Positions 1 to 9,567 of a stretch of DNA of 64,000 nucleotides are shown here, in pieces; position 1 is the first letter of the stretch; every line of letters starts with the position of its first letter. Origin of the DNA: Candidatus Nomurabacteria bacterium (lineage in GTDB: Bacteria; Patescibacteriota; Minisyncoccia; Phycocordibacterales; UBA918); NCBI GenBank assembly GCA_023898565.1, contig CP060228.1:432594-496593 (forward strand), read 5' to 3'. A model generated the notes under the pieces. That model was not told the origin of the DNA and searched no databases. It was given only the letters and a program-made list of their open reading frames with translations. The translations under genes were made by a program, and so were the position numbers.

Positions 1-72
1 TACTGTCGGTTTCTTTGCGATGGCACTGATTGCACCAATTTACTCAATTTCAGACGGTCTTAAGTAGACATC

Positions 73-1830
73 ATGTATCAGTATTCGACACGTAACACAG
101 ATGGATTCTCGTTAGTAGAGTTAATTATTGTGGCGGCGCTGTCGGTGGTGGTTTTTTTGGCCCTGTTCTCTTCTGTTAAATACATTTTGCAGGTGATTAC
201 ATTGTCTGAGTCTAAGCTCAGTGCACTGGCTGTTGCGAATGAACGCATGGAGTATTTTAGGTCGTTGCCGTATGACGAAGTGGGTGTGGTGGCAGGGTAT
301 CCGTCCGGTACAATTCCACAGACAAGTACTACCAGCCTCAACGGCATCACTTTCTATGAACGAGTGCGTGTCGACTACGTGGATGACCCCGCTGACGGTC
401 TGTTGGCGGCAGATGATAACGGTATTATTCTAGATTACAAGCAAGTTCGCTTGGAATATGAGTGGCGCATCAATGAGGCCACCAGTAGCTTGCAGCTCGT
501 GAGTACTATTGTGCCGCGCTCGATTGAAACTACGGCGGGTGGAGGAACTGTTCGTATCAACGTTTTGGATGACCAATCATCGCTCTTACCGGGTGCCTCT
601 GTCAGACTGATTAGTTCGAGTAGTACGTTTAGTTATGATGTAACTAATCCAACAGACGCCAGTGGTTCGGCACTTTTCAATGTTCCTGCCGATAGCGGGT
701 ATCAGGTTGAAGTGACGGCTATTATTTCTGGTAATCAGTACTCAACTGACAAAACCTACGAGGCGACTACTACGTTGCCTAATCCTGCGGTAGCACCATT
801 TGCGGTGCTCGAATCGGATATTTCAACTCTAACCTTTCAAATCGGTGAGCTGAGCGATCTTTCAATTCAGGCGTTTACGGCAGTCACGGAAGGTTCGGTA
901 ATAGAAACATTTACTGACTTGAGTGGCGTGCCATCTAGTACCGATGTAGTTGCAGGCGGAACGTTGCAGCTTTTTGATACAGCCGGTGTCTATGAAACAA
1001 CCGGAATAGCGTATCTTAGCGAAATTTCACCAGGGCCGCTGCTCGCCTGGAAGACAGCGCGAGTGGCGGCTAGTGTTCCGGTAAACACGTCGTACCAGGT
1101 GCAGTTTTTTACCGGCAGCGGCCCGTACGTACTGGTTCCTGATGGCGACCTGCCAGGCAATGCGGTTGGCTTCTCGGACTCGTTGATTGATCTTTCGGGA
1201 TTAGACACGTCAACATATCCGGCGCTTACGGTTGGGATTACTCTGTCTACCACTGATACGAGCGTAACACCTCAGGTTGATGAAGTTAGTGTGTGGTATC
1301 GGACAAGCGAAACGTCAGCAGCAGGGGTAGCATATGCTATGCGCGGCCAGAAAATAATCGGAACAGATGCGAGTCTGGTGCCCGTCTATAAAGTAAGTAC
1401 TACATCGAGTTTTGATGGTAGTGGTGAAGATGCTTACACTGATTTGGAGTTTGACACGTATACGTTTGATTTTTCTGGGGCAGGGTTTGATATTGCTAGT
1501 GCGTGTTCTGCTGAACCGTTTCAGCACGCTGCAGGGGTGGATGAAAATCTAGAATTTATACTTATGGCAGCGGCCGCAAACACGCTCCGTGTCACGGTTG
1601 TCGATCAAAGCAGCCGTCCGATTCCTGGGGTGTCAGTACATCTTTCGCGCCCGGGTTATGATACAACGGTCACCACTAATACTTGTGGCCAAGCATTTTT
1701 TAGCGGTGGCGGACTCAGTGCAAATACAGATTTTGACTTAGAAGTCTCGGCGGTTGGCTACATCACCAATGATGTCAATCCATTCGAAGTTAATGGTGAC
1801 ACCGTTGCCACAAGTATCTTAAGTGAATAG
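73..1830 (+). CDS. Large type IV pilin-like protein (prepilin-type N-terminus)
   Basis: N-terminus ...TDGFSLVELIIVAALSVVVFLALF is a class III prepilin signal (G/F-S-L-V-E plus hydrophobic helix). 585 aa. First of three translationally coupled pilin-like ORFs. Confidence 0.6.
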   Translation: MYQYSTRNTDGFSLVELIIVAALSVVVFLALFSSVKYILQVITLSESKLSALAVANERMEYFRSLPYDEVGVVAGYPSGTIPQTSTTSLNGITFYERVRVDYVDDPADGLLAADDNGIILDYKQVRLEYEWRINEATSSLQLVSTIVPRSIETTAGGGTVRINVLDDQSSLLPGASVRLISSSSTFSYDVTNPTDASGSALFNVPADSGYQVEVTAIISGNQYSTDKTYEATTTLPNPAVAPFAVLESDISTLTFQIGELSDLSIQAFTAVTEGSVIETFTDLSGVPSSTDVVAGGTLQLFDTAGVYETTGIAYLSEISPGPLLAWKTARVAASVPVNTSYQVQFFTGSGPYVLVPDGDLPGNAVGFSDSLIDLSGLDTSTYPALTVGITLSTTDTSVTPQVDEVSVWYRTSETSAAGVAYAMRGQKIIGTDASLVPVYKVSTTSSFDGSGEDAYTDLEFDTYTFDFSGAGFDIASACSAEPFQHAAGVDENLEFILMAAAANTLRVTVVDQSSRPIPGVSVHLSRPGYDTTVTTNTCGQAFFSGGGLSANTDFDLEVSAVGYITNDVNPFEVNGDTVATSILSE

Positions 1831-1833
1831 CGT

Positions 1834-2445
1834 ATGCGTAGTGTAAAGCACAAAACAGCGGGGATGACGTTCATTGAAATGATTGTCATTATAAGTGTGT
1901 ACACCGTATTAGTGTTAGTCATTTTTTCTAGTGTGACGAGTTTGTATCGACAAAATTCGTACGCTATGTCGCAGGCAAATGAGGTCGATAACGCAAGGCG
2001 AGGTATCATGAAGTGGCAGCAAGACACAAAAGAAATGACGACCGGAGCTGACGGAACCTATCCAGTTGATGTAATTGATGAACATCACATGGCTTTTTAT
2101 GGCGATACTGATCTTGATAACAGCGTGGAGTACGTTGAGTACATCTTGGCGTCAACGACGCTTACTAAATACATCTATGATCCGGTAGGAACACCACCGG
2201 TCTATAATTTAGGAACGCCGAGTGCTGAAGAGACGCTTTCTCTGTATGTACAAAACATAAATCAAGGCGTGCCTACGTTTACGTATTTTGATAATGATGG
2301 TACCCAGCTCAGTTCTACCTCACCGGTAATTGACGTGCGTTACGTGAAGGCGCAGATTATTGTGAATATTGACCCCGTGCAGTCACCGGGAGAGTTTATG
2401 CTGAAGTCAAGTGTGGCGCCACGTAACTTAAAAGATAATCTCTAA
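1834..2445 (+). CDS. Type IV pilin / pseudopilin-like protein
   Basis: N-terminus ...TAGMTFIEMIVIISVYTVLVLVIF is a prepilin cleavage/methylation motif. ATG lies 4 nt after the upstream stop. Confidence 0.6.
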   Translation: MRSVKHKTAGMTFIEMIVIISVYTVLVLVIFSSVTSLYRQNSYAMSQANEVDNARRGIMKWQQDTKEMTTGADGTYPVDVIDEHHMAFYGDTDLDNSVEYVEYILASTTLTKYIYDPVGTPPVYNLGTPSAEETLSLYVQNINQGVPTFTYFDNDGTQLSSTSPVIDVRYVKAQIIVNIDPVQSPGEFMLKSSVAPRNLKDNL

Positions 2446-2448
2446 ACC

Positions 2449-3885
2449 ATGCAGTACCATTCAAAGCAGCAGCAATACTCAGCCGGAACACTGCTTATTT
2501 TAGTGTTAGTGTTTGCGGGAATTTTTCTCTCCATTATTGCGGCCTTTATTGGTTCAGTCGTGACACAAAACAAGGTTGTGAATTTCAAGTATGAGCAGGC
2601 TCGTGCAACGGAAATAGCTGAAGCGGGCATCAACTACTACAAGTGGCGCTTGGCGCATTATCCTGACGACGTAACTGATGGAACTGGCCTGCCTGGTCCA
2701 TATGTGCATGTCTATTCTGACCCGGAAGATGGACCGATTGGTGAATTTTCACTATCTATAGCAAGTAGTACGTACTGCGGCAGCATTGCGTCAGTTGAGG
2801 TTACGTCTACCGGACATACGTATACAAACCCAGCGGCCGTTGGAATCGTTACTGCACGATACGCACGGCCAACGGTGGCGGAATATTCGTTTATTACAAA
2901 CGGTGCAGTTTGGTATGGAGATGATCGCGTGATTACCGGACCGGTTCACTCAAACCAGGGTATTCGCATGGATGGGTACCACAATTCGTATATTGGAAGC
3001 GGACAGGCAACGTGGACGTGCGACAGTTCATTTGGCTGTGGCTCAAATACTACAGTAGATGGAGTGTATACAACCAGTGGGCACGCGACTCCTGGTCTCT
3101 TTACGTTCCCCGTTTCACCGGTTGATTTTAGTGGTCTGACATTGGATTTGCTTGATATGAAGAATAAGGCTCAAAATGACGGTGGCATTTACTATGGCCC
3201 ATCAGGTGGATATGGCTACCTGGTTGACTTTAACGGTGATGATACGGTAACAATTCGTCGTGTTACAAACACTTCAAGTTACTGGGCGTATTCTTCTGAA
3301 GAGGGGTGGCACACAGGCGAGCGAAATGTAATCAGTAATTCATCATTTGTTGCCACAAGAACCATTGATGATGCTTGTCCACTGCTCTATTTTGAAGACA
3401 AGGTATGGCTTCAGGGTGATGTGTCGCAGAAGGTTGCGTTGGCTGCTGCTAATTTGTCCTTAGGTTCACAAACTAATATTGTGATCAATGATAATATCAA
3501 TTATGTGTCTGGAGTGAACGCTGGTTTGTTGGCGATTGCTGAGGATGATGTTGATGTCGGGCTGGCAGTACCTAATAATTTACAAGCAAACGGCATTTTT
3601 ATTGCTCAAAATGGTCGATTTGGAAGAAATCATTACGTTACCTCTGGCTCAAAAGGGTTACCTGGATCTCTTGATCCGTACGTGCTGCGAGGCACACTCA
3701 CTAGGTATGGTAGCGTAGTTTCAAACGGTCGAGTTGGAACACAGTGGGTGAGCGGTAGTGTGACGGTATCAGGATTTGTGAATCGAGTCACTTCCTTTGA
3801 TGCTGATCAGGTAAGCGATCCACCTCCGCTCACGCCAGAAACATCTGATGTCTACGAGTTGAGTGATTGGCAGCAGGAGGGGTAG
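2449..3885 (+). CDS. Minor pilin / PilX-like protein
   Basis: N-terminus QQQYSAGTLLILVLVFAGIFLSIIAAF resembles the PilX N-terminal helix. ATG lies 4 nt after the upstream stop. 478 aa, Gly/Thr-rich. Confidence 0.5.
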   Translation: MQYHSKQQQYSAGTLLILVLVFAGIFLSIIAAFIGSVVTQNKVVNFKYEQARATEIAEAGINYYKWRLAHYPDDVTDGTGLPGPYVHVYSDPEDGPIGEFSLSIASSTYCGSIASVEVTSTGHTYTNPAAVGIVTARYARPTVAEYSFITNGAVWYGDDRVITGPVHSNQGIRMDGYHNSYIGSGQATWTCDSSFGCGSNTTVDGVYTTSGHATPGLFTFPVSPVDFSGLTLDLLDMKNKAQNDGGIYYGPSGGYGYLVDFNGDDTVTIRRVTNTSSYWAYSSEEGWHTGERNVISNSSFVATRTIDDACPLLYFEDKVWLQGDVSQKVALAAANLSLGSQTNIVINDNINYVSGVNAGLLAIAEDDVDVGLAVPNNLQANGIFIAQNGRFGRNHYVTSGSKGLPGSLDPYVLRGTLTRYGSVVSNGRVGTQWVSGSVTVSGFVNRVTSFDADQVSDPPPLTPETSDVYELSDWQQEG

Positions 3886-3888
3886 GGA

Positions 3889-3926
3889 CAAAAAAGGGCG
3901 CCCGCAAAGCGGGCGCCCTTTTTTGC
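3889..3926 (+). terminator. Rho-independent terminator of the pilin operon
   Basis: GGGCGCCCGC-AAA-GCGGGCGCCC stem followed by TTTTTT. Confidence 0.7.
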
Positions 3927-3948
3927 TCCCGTGCTACAATCAAAACGT

Positions 3949-4707
3949 ATGAAAAAAACCGTACCACTTGTGGCAGGTAACTGGAAACTTAATCCTGTTT
4001 CGCTTGCCGACGCCGTAGCCCTCGGGCAAGCCGTAGTCAAGAAAGTTAAAAAGACCGCAGAGTCATATGTAGCAATTGCGCCATCGTTCCCGCATCTTGC
4101 GGAAGTGGGCAAAAAGGTGGCTAAATCAGCTGTGGCGCTCGCCGCACAAGATGTGTCAATCGAGCCAATGGGAGCGTTTACTGGGGAGGTGTCGATTTTA
4201 CAGCTGAAAGATCTCGGAGTGACGTACGTTATTCTTGGACATTCAGAGCGTCGCGCCATGGGTGAAACAGATGAGTCTGTGCGCAATAAGGCAAAGGTGG
4301 TTTTGAAGCATAAGCTTACCCCAATCGTATGTATTGGTGAACGAGAGCGTGACGAGCAAGGAAATTTCTTTACGTTTGTGGAGTCGCAGTTGCGTGCGCT
4401 CGCAGAAGTGCTTACGCCGGCTGAGATGAAAAAGGTAGTGATTGCCTATGAACCGATCTGGGCGATTGGTACTGGGAACACTGCCACCCCGGACGATGTA
4501 AAAGAAATGCAGCTGTTTATCGAATCAACGCTCACCAAGCTCTATGACCGCGCAACGGCGCGTAAGGTGCGATTGCTCTATGGTGGCTCAGTCAAGCCAG
4601 GAAATGCTGCAGAGCTTCATGCAGTGGGTGATATGCAAGGCTTCTTGGTGGGTGGTGCCAGTCTTAAGGCGGATGATTTTGCGGCAATTATTAAAGCAGT
4701 AAGTTAA
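3949..4707 (+). CDS. tpiA: Triosephosphate isomerase
   Basis: MKKTVPLVAGNWKLN..., HSERR, ...IAYEPIWAIGTG... are TIM signatures. ATG at 3949 preferred over GTG at 3931. Confidence 0.85.
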   Translation: MKKTVPLVAGNWKLNPVSLADAVALGQAVVKKVKKTAESYVAIAPSFPHLAEVGKKVAKSAVALAAQDVSIEPMGAFTGEVSILQLKDLGVTYVILGHSERRAMGETDESVRNKAKVVLKHKLTPIVCIGERERDEQGNFFTFVESQLRALAEVLTPAEMKKVVIAYEPIWAIGTGNTATPDDVKEMQLFIESTLTKLYDRATARKVRLLYGGSVKPGNAAELHAVGDMQGFLVGGASLKADDFAAIIKAVS

Positions 4708-4711
4708 TACT

Positions 4712-5827
4712 ATGCGAACAGTTACGGAAGCGGGTGATTTGAAAGGAAAGTATGTGGTGCTACGTTCATCACTTAATATTCCGCTCAAGGACGGCGTGGT
4801 GCAAAATCACCTCCGACTTGAGCGAGCATTGCCGACGATGCGCTACCTTAAGGAACAGGGCGCGAAGACGATTGTAATTGCGCATGTCGGACGCGAACCA
4901 GAAGAAAGTCTCAAGCCTGTGCATGCGGAGCTTGAAAAATATCTGGGCGTGCATTGGGGCGGTGATATTTTCAGCGAAGATTTTACGCAGCGTCGAGCAG
5001 TGATGGGTAATGGTGATATTCTCTTGATGGAGAATACGCGCCAGCATGAAGGGGAAACAGAAAATGATGCTGAGTTTGCAGCGGCGCTCGCTGCGCTTGG
5101 TGAGGTGTATGTAAACGATGCCTTTGCTGCTGCTCACCGTGAACATGCGTCTACATATGGCGTGGCGAAGCTGCTGCCTTGCTACGCCGGCCTGACACTC
5201 GCCGAAGAAGTGACTCAGCTGCGTAAAGTCATGCAGCCGGCGTCACCATCGCTTTTCTTGCTCGGTGGGGCGAAGTTTGAGACCAAGATGCCGCTCATTG
5301 AGAAATACCTCAAACTCTACGATTATGTGTTTATCGGTGGTGCGCTCGCTAACGACATCTTCAAGGCTCGCGGGTTTGAAGTGGGGAAGTCTATGGTATC
5401 AGATGTGTCACTGAAGGATGCGCCATTTCTGAATGATTCCAAGCTCCTTGTGCCAATTGATGTGATTGTAGATGGTCCAAATGGCCGCGCCGTGAAGTCG
5501 CTTGAGCAGGTCGAGGCAGAAGATTCAATCTTGGATTGCGGACCGATGACCATTGATATGCTGGCAACGTATGTTGAAAAAGCGGCGACTATTCTCTGGA
5601 ATGGACCATTTGGCGCCTACGAAATGGGCTACACGCAGAGTACGGAAATTACTGCGCGGCACATTGCAGCCGCCGATGGTTTCTCAGTAGTGGGTGGCGG
5701 TGATACAGTGGCAGCAGTAGAGAAGCTTCACATCAATGAACTGTTTGGTTTTGTCTCCATTGGTGGTGGTTCGATGCTGACTCTCTTAGAGCAAGGCAGC
5801 ACCCCAGCAATTGATCTTTTAGAGTAA
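4712..5827 (+). CDS. pgk: Phosphoglycerate kinase
   Basis: N-terminal DLKGKYVVLRSSLNIPL and C-terminal VSIGGGSMLTLLE match PGK. Immediately downstream of tpiA. Confidence 0.85.
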   Translation: MRTVTEAGDLKGKYVVLRSSLNIPLKDGVVQNHLRLERALPTMRYLKEQGAKTIVIAHVGREPEESLKPVHAELEKYLGVHWGGDIFSEDFTQRRAVMGNGDILLMENTRQHEGETENDAEFAAALAALGEVYVNDAFAAAHREHASTYGVAKLLPCYAGLTLAEEVTQLRKVMQPASPSLFLLGGAKFETKMPLIEKYLKLYDYVFIGGALANDIFKARGFEVGKSMVSDVSLKDAPFLNDSKLLVPIDVIVDGPNGRAVKSLEQVEAEDSILDCGPMTIDMLATYVEKAATILWNGPFGAYEMGYTQSTEITARHIAAADGFSVVGGGDTVAAVEKLHINELFGFVSIGGGSMLTLLEQGSTPAIDLLE

Positions 5828-5836
5828 AAGTAACAA

Positions 5837-5866
5837 AACGGCCGGCCCCGTAGGGGCCGGCCGTTT
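5837..5866. terminator. Bidirectional terminator (pgk / HIT gene)
   Basis: AACGGCCGGCCCC-GTA-GGGGCCGGCCGTT hairpin with an A-run before and a T-run after. Sits between convergent genes. Confidence 0.7.
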
Positions 5867-5875
5867 TGTTTCAGC

Positions 5876-6277
5876 TTATTGTATCGCTGCCGCAATCGCT
5901 TTGGCTTGTTCGGCAAGCGTTTCATCGGCTGCTTCGGCTTGCTGTACCATCACCTGACCAAGTCCATGCTCAGTAGAAGTCATCGGGTAGAGGCGAAGGT
6001 GTACGTGCGGTACTTCAAATCCTTCTACTACCATGCAGGTGCGTACTGTCTTAAAGACGATGTCAGATGCTCTAGCGACGCGCTTCGCGACACCGCAGAG
6101 ATGCTGATACAAATCGTCTTCTAGGGAGAAAAGATAGTCAGTTTCTTGCTTGGGAACCACCAAGGTTTGGCCTGGTACAGCGGGAAATTTATCCATTAGC
6201 ACCACACAGTGTTCGTCTTCAAAGACAAAGTGCCCGGGGATTTCACGGGCGATAATTTTTGAAAAAATGCTGCTCAT
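5876..6277 (-). CDS. HIT-family (histidine triad) protein
   Basis: MSSIFSKIIAREIPG... with the HVHLRLYP histidine triad. Start moved to the internal ATG at 6275-6277. Confidence 0.75.
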   Translation of the reverse strand: MSSIFSKIIAREIPGHFVFEDEHCVVLMDKFPAVPGQTLVVPKQETDYLFSLEDDLYQHLCGVAKRVARASDIVFKTVRTCMVVEGFEVPHVHLRLYPMTSTEHGLGQVMVQQAEAADETLAEQAKAIAAAIQ

Positions 6278-6311
6278 ATAGTGACAGTATAAAAGATATT
6301 TAAGAAACAAA

Positions 6312-6331
6312 AAGCCCGCGCTTCGCGCGGG
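6312..6331 (-). promoter_or_regulatory. Leader hairpin (attenuator-like) upstream of the HIT gene
   Basis: GCCCGCGC-GAAG-CGCGGGC on the minus strand followed by TTTTTGTTTCTT. Lies in the divergent recJ/HIT intergenic region, 35 nt upstream of the HIT start. Confidence 0.4.
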
Positions 6332-6392
6332 CAAAATCAGTATATGAAATATTGGTCACTAAAATCCATCGGTGGTACTATGACACCTACGT

Positions 6393-8084
6393 ATGGCAGA
6401 CTACCTATTTCCTGAAGCAGAGCTTAGTACTGATTTACTATTGCCGGGGATTTCGCCGCTTCTAAATCGCTTACTCCGCGAGCGCGGTATCGATACTCCC
6501 GAAGCAGCGACCATTTTTTTAAATCCTGATTACAATACGCAGCTTCACAACCCATTTCTTCTGCATGATATCGATAAGGCCGTGGAGCGTATTTTGCGCG
6601 CGATGGCAGACGGCGAATGCATTGGAATTTTTAGTGACTACGACTGTGATGGTATTCCTGGTGCGGTGGTACTGCATGATCTTTTTAAAGCGCTGAAGTA
6701 CGATAATTTTCAAAACTACATTCCGCACCGGCACTACGAAGGGTTTGGGCTTAGTACCACAGCGATTGATGCGCTCAAGAAAGACGGCGTAACACTTGTG
6801 ATTACAATTGATTGTGGCACCTCAAATGTCGAGGAGGTGGTTCATGCTAATGAAGTAGGGGTAGACATTATTATTACCGATCACCACGAGCCAGAAGCAG
6901 AACTTCCGGCGGCCGTTGCGGTGGTAAACCCCAAGCTTGGCGACTATCCCTTTGATGGACTCTGCGGGGCGGCGGTGGCATATAAGCTCGCACAAGCGGT
7001 GCTCGAAAAGGCGGAGCATGAGCTCACGCCGGGCTGGGAGAAGTGGTGGCTCGATATGGTCGGGGTGGCCACGATTGCCGACATGGTGCCTTTGGTGGAT
7101 GAAAATCGTGTGCTCGCGCATTACGGACTGCAGGTGTTGCGGAAGTCGCGACGGCCAGGCTTGCAGCAGCTTCTCAAAAAAGCGCGGATTGACCAGCGGT
7201 ATCTGACCGAAGAAGACATTGGCTTTACGATTGGGCCGCGGATCAATGCCGCGTCGCGGATGGACACCCCCGAAGATGCGTTTCAGCTTTTATCCGAGAC
7301 CGACGTAGTGAAGGCAGGTGAGCGAGTGTCTCACTTAGAAAAATTAAACACGGAACGTAAGTCGCAGGTGGCACTCATGACCAAAGACCTTCACAAGCGG
7401 CTGAAGGACGTGGAAGAAATTCCACCGGTGATTGTGATGGGGCATACGGATTGGCGGCCATCGCTGGTGGGTCTGGCAGCCAATAAGCTTGCTGAAGAAC
7501 ACAATCGGCCAGTCTTTCTCTGGGGGATTGATGGTAATGGCGTATACAAAGGTTCGTGTCGCTCTGGTGGTAGCGCGAGTGTGGTGAAGCTGATGCAGGC
7601 CATTCCAGAAGTTTTTATTGAGGCGGGTGGACATCATGCGTCGGGCGGTTTTTCGGTGAAAGAAGAGCATATTTTTACCTTCGGTGAAAAGCTAAATGAA
7701 GCGTGTCTCGCGCTTGGCGATGAGGCGGTGGTGAAGAATGAAGTGAAGGTGGATGCTGAGCTTTCGCTCAATGAGGTGAATCAGCTGCTTATTTCAGAGT
7801 TGGCGAAGCTCGCGCCGTACGGCGCGAGCAATCCAAAACCGCTCTTTGTATTTCGTAATGTGACGCCGAGTACGGTAGAGGTATTTGGTAAAGCAAAAGA
7901 TCACACCAAGCTTACCTTTGCGACCGAAAACGGTCGCTTGGAAGGCATTGCTTTTTTCCGCGAACCAGCGCAATTCACGCAAGAACCCAAAACAGACATG
8001 CCCTGTACGGTGATTGCGCATGTCGAGCAGTCGTTTTTTATGGGTCGCCGACAGATACGGCTGCGGGTAGTAGAGGTGGTCTAA
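6393..8084 (+). CDS. recJ: Single-stranded-DNA-specific exonuclease RecJ
   Basis: DHH-family motifs SDYDCDG and IITDHHEP. Length and C-terminal domain typical of RecJ. Confidence 0.85.
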   Translation: MADYLFPEAELSTDLLLPGISPLLNRLLRERGIDTPEAATIFLNPDYNTQLHNPFLLHDIDKAVERILRAMADGECIGIFSDYDCDGIPGAVVLHDLFKALKYDNFQNYIPHRHYEGFGLSTTAIDALKKDGVTLVITIDCGTSNVEEVVHANEVGVDIIITDHHEPEAELPAAVAVVNPKLGDYPFDGLCGAAVAYKLAQAVLEKAEHELTPGWEKWWLDMVGVATIADMVPLVDENRVLAHYGLQVLRKSRRPGLQQLLKKARIDQRYLTEEDIGFTIGPRINAASRMDTPEDAFQLLSETDVVKAGERVSHLEKLNTERKSQVALMTKDLHKRLKDVEEIPPVIVMGHTDWRPSLVGLAANKLAEEHNRPVFLWGIDGNGVYKGSCRSGGSASVVKLMQAIPEVFIEAGGHHASGGFSVKEEHIFTFGEKLNEACLALGDEAVVKNEVKVDAELSLNEVNQLLISELAKLAPYGASNPKPLFVFRNVTPSTVEVFGKAKDHTKLTFATENGRLEGIAFFREPAQFTQEPKTDMPCTVIAHVEQSFFMGRRQIRLRVVEVV

Positions 8085-8087
8085 ATA

Positions 8088-8116
8088 TTGACTTTTACAT
8101 ATAAATATGGTAAAGT
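8088..8116 (+). promoter_or_regulatory. Putative sigma70-like promoter of the high-GC island gene
   Basis: TTGACT - 17 nt - TAAAGT in an AT-rich stretch immediately before the GC-rich island. Confidence 0.3.
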
Positions 8117-8150
8117 TCTAGCTACACGTTCTTTACAACTGCATCAGATA

Positions 8151-8205
8151 CATCGACCATCCGCTTGGTTGCGGCTCTAGAGCTGCCTCGAGCGGATGGT
8201 CGATG
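8151..8205 (+). promoter_or_regulatory. 15-bp perfect inverted repeat in a 5' leader (operator or RNA hairpin)
   Basis: CATCGACCATCCGCT ... AGCGGATGGTCGATG with a 25-nt spacer that itself contains the palindrome GCTCTAGAGC. Between the putative promoter and the RBS. Confidence 0.45.
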
Positions 8206-8245
8206 ACGGACCACCACTTTTGAAAATCCATTGAAGGAGATGACA

Positions 8246-9493
8246 ATGAACGTCAAACTCGAAGAAATGTCCCGTAATACCATCAACTGCCCGATGACCA
8301 TGCGCCCGAAGGGTACTTTCATCGACTATCGACTGAGTGTGGACGACGGGCTGACGTTCGTTGTTGTCCGCTTTCTTCCCAACATTCCCGATGCGCGTGA
8401 AACGCTCACTCGCATCAAGTTCAAGCCGGAAGGCAGCAAAGAGCAAGAGCTCTTTGCTGCCAAGAAGTTCATCAAGAAGACGGGTACGCTCGTCTTCCTC
8501 GCCGCTGTGGATGGCCGATGGGTCATCTACCGGCTCGTGAAAACGGCCGGTCGGCCGTTGGTCGACCAGGTCTGGCAAGTGACCGCTGCCGGGGTGCACT
8601 ACCCCGGCGTCGGTGAACAAAAAGACCCTGCAGCTGCTGCCAGGTTCAAGGCCAAGCTGGCTGCGCTCGAAGGAGCAGAGCCGGTCTACGAACCGGCAGA
8701 GATGCCCTTCATGAAGGCAGCACAAGCAGCTCTTCAGCAAGAAGAAGCAGCCGCCGAGGCAGCGTTGATGGCGAAGGTGGAAGCCGAGCGTCGTGAAGCA
8801 GCTGAAAAGGCTGCTGCCGAGCGCAAGGTCAAAGCAGATGCAAAAACAGCAGCGGCACAGAAACGTGCAGCTGAAAAGGCTCGCCTGATGGCGCCGGGTA
8901 ACCGGCGCTGCTTTAAGCGGGTGGATGGCATCGACATGTCTGGGTTCGTGGTCGACGACCTCGAGCAGGCCAAGCGCCTTCCTGGCGGGAAAATCGCCGT
9001 CGTTCTGGGCGATGATGGACTGCATGTGGCCAAGGCGTACTTCGTCAAGAAGACTGCTGGCGGCCATTTTAGCTTCGATGAAATCGAGGTGGCGACTGAG
9101 TCGACTCCGTATTCTGCGGCGTCGGTCACCGCTTCGCCCGAAGCTCCCGCGCTGAAGCTCACCGGGAAATTCCTGACGCTCGTGCGTCCGGAAGGTAAGC
9201 GGAAGTCTGGGGAGAACTCGGTGGTGGCCCAAGTGGTCACTGCCGAGGAACTCACTCTCCTGAAGGCGCATCGTCCGGGTTCGCCGAGGCAAGTAGCGCT
9301 TCTGCTGCCGAATGGTGCGTATCATGCGTACTGCGTCTCGGCGGATTCGGTCGCTGACCTCGGCCACATGGTCGAGCAAACGACCGAAGCGCCGGTGGCT
9401 GAAAAGCCGGTTGAGAAAGCAAGCGGCAAAAAGCCGACCGCTTCGAAGGCGGAGAAGCGCCGGAAATTCGGTATGTTGCTCGTCGCAGCCTGA
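8246..9493 (+). CDS. Hypothetical protein in a high-GC island (Ala/Glu/Lys-rich coiled-coil centre, duplicated C-terminal module)
   Basis: GAAGGAG RBS 6 nt before the ATG at 8246. GC3-rich codon usage unlike its neighbours. The antisense ORF 8177..9526 is judged a GC artefact (Arg/Cys-rich). No family recognised. Confidence 0.5.
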   Translation: MNVKLEEMSRNTINCPMTMRPKGTFIDYRLSVDDGLTFVVVRFLPNIPDARETLTRIKFKPEGSKEQELFAAKKFIKKTGTLVFLAAVDGRWVIYRLVKTAGRPLVDQVWQVTAAGVHYPGVGEQKDPAAAARFKAKLAALEGAEPVYEPAEMPFMKAAQAALQQEEAAAEAALMAKVEAERREAAEKAAAERKVKADAKTAAAQKRAAEKARLMAPGNRRCFKRVDGIDMSGFVVDDLEQAKRLPGGKIAVVLGDDGLHVAKAYFVKKTAGGHFSFDEIEVATESTPYSAASVTASPEAPALKLTGKFLTLVRPEGKRKSGENSVVAQVVTAEELTLLKAHRPGSPRQVALLLPNGAYHAYCVSADSVADLGHMVEQTTEAPVAEKPVEKASGKKPTASKAEKRRKFGMLLVAA

Positions 9494-9504
9494 TGTAGAA
9501 ATTC

Positions 9505-9524
9505 GGGGAACCTTCGGGTTCCCC
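9505..9524 (+). terminator. Hairpin after the island gene
   Basis: GGGGAACC-TTCG-GGTTCCCC directly after the stop codon. Confidence 0.45.
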
Positions 9525-9567
9525 ACCTTATCTAGCTTTTAAACTATTTGAAATCTGGTCGGGTGGA

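Noticed and set aside
1-63. Possible 3' end of an upstream gene at the window edge (...YCRFLCDGTDCTNLLNFRRS*)
   Set aside because: Only 20 codons are visible and no homology is assessable. Not reported as a feature.
8177-9526. 449-aa minus-strand ORF fully overlapping the island gene
   Set aside because: Arg/Cys/His-rich nonsense composition typical of an antisense frame in GC-rich DNA. The plus-strand frame has an RBS and protein-like composition.
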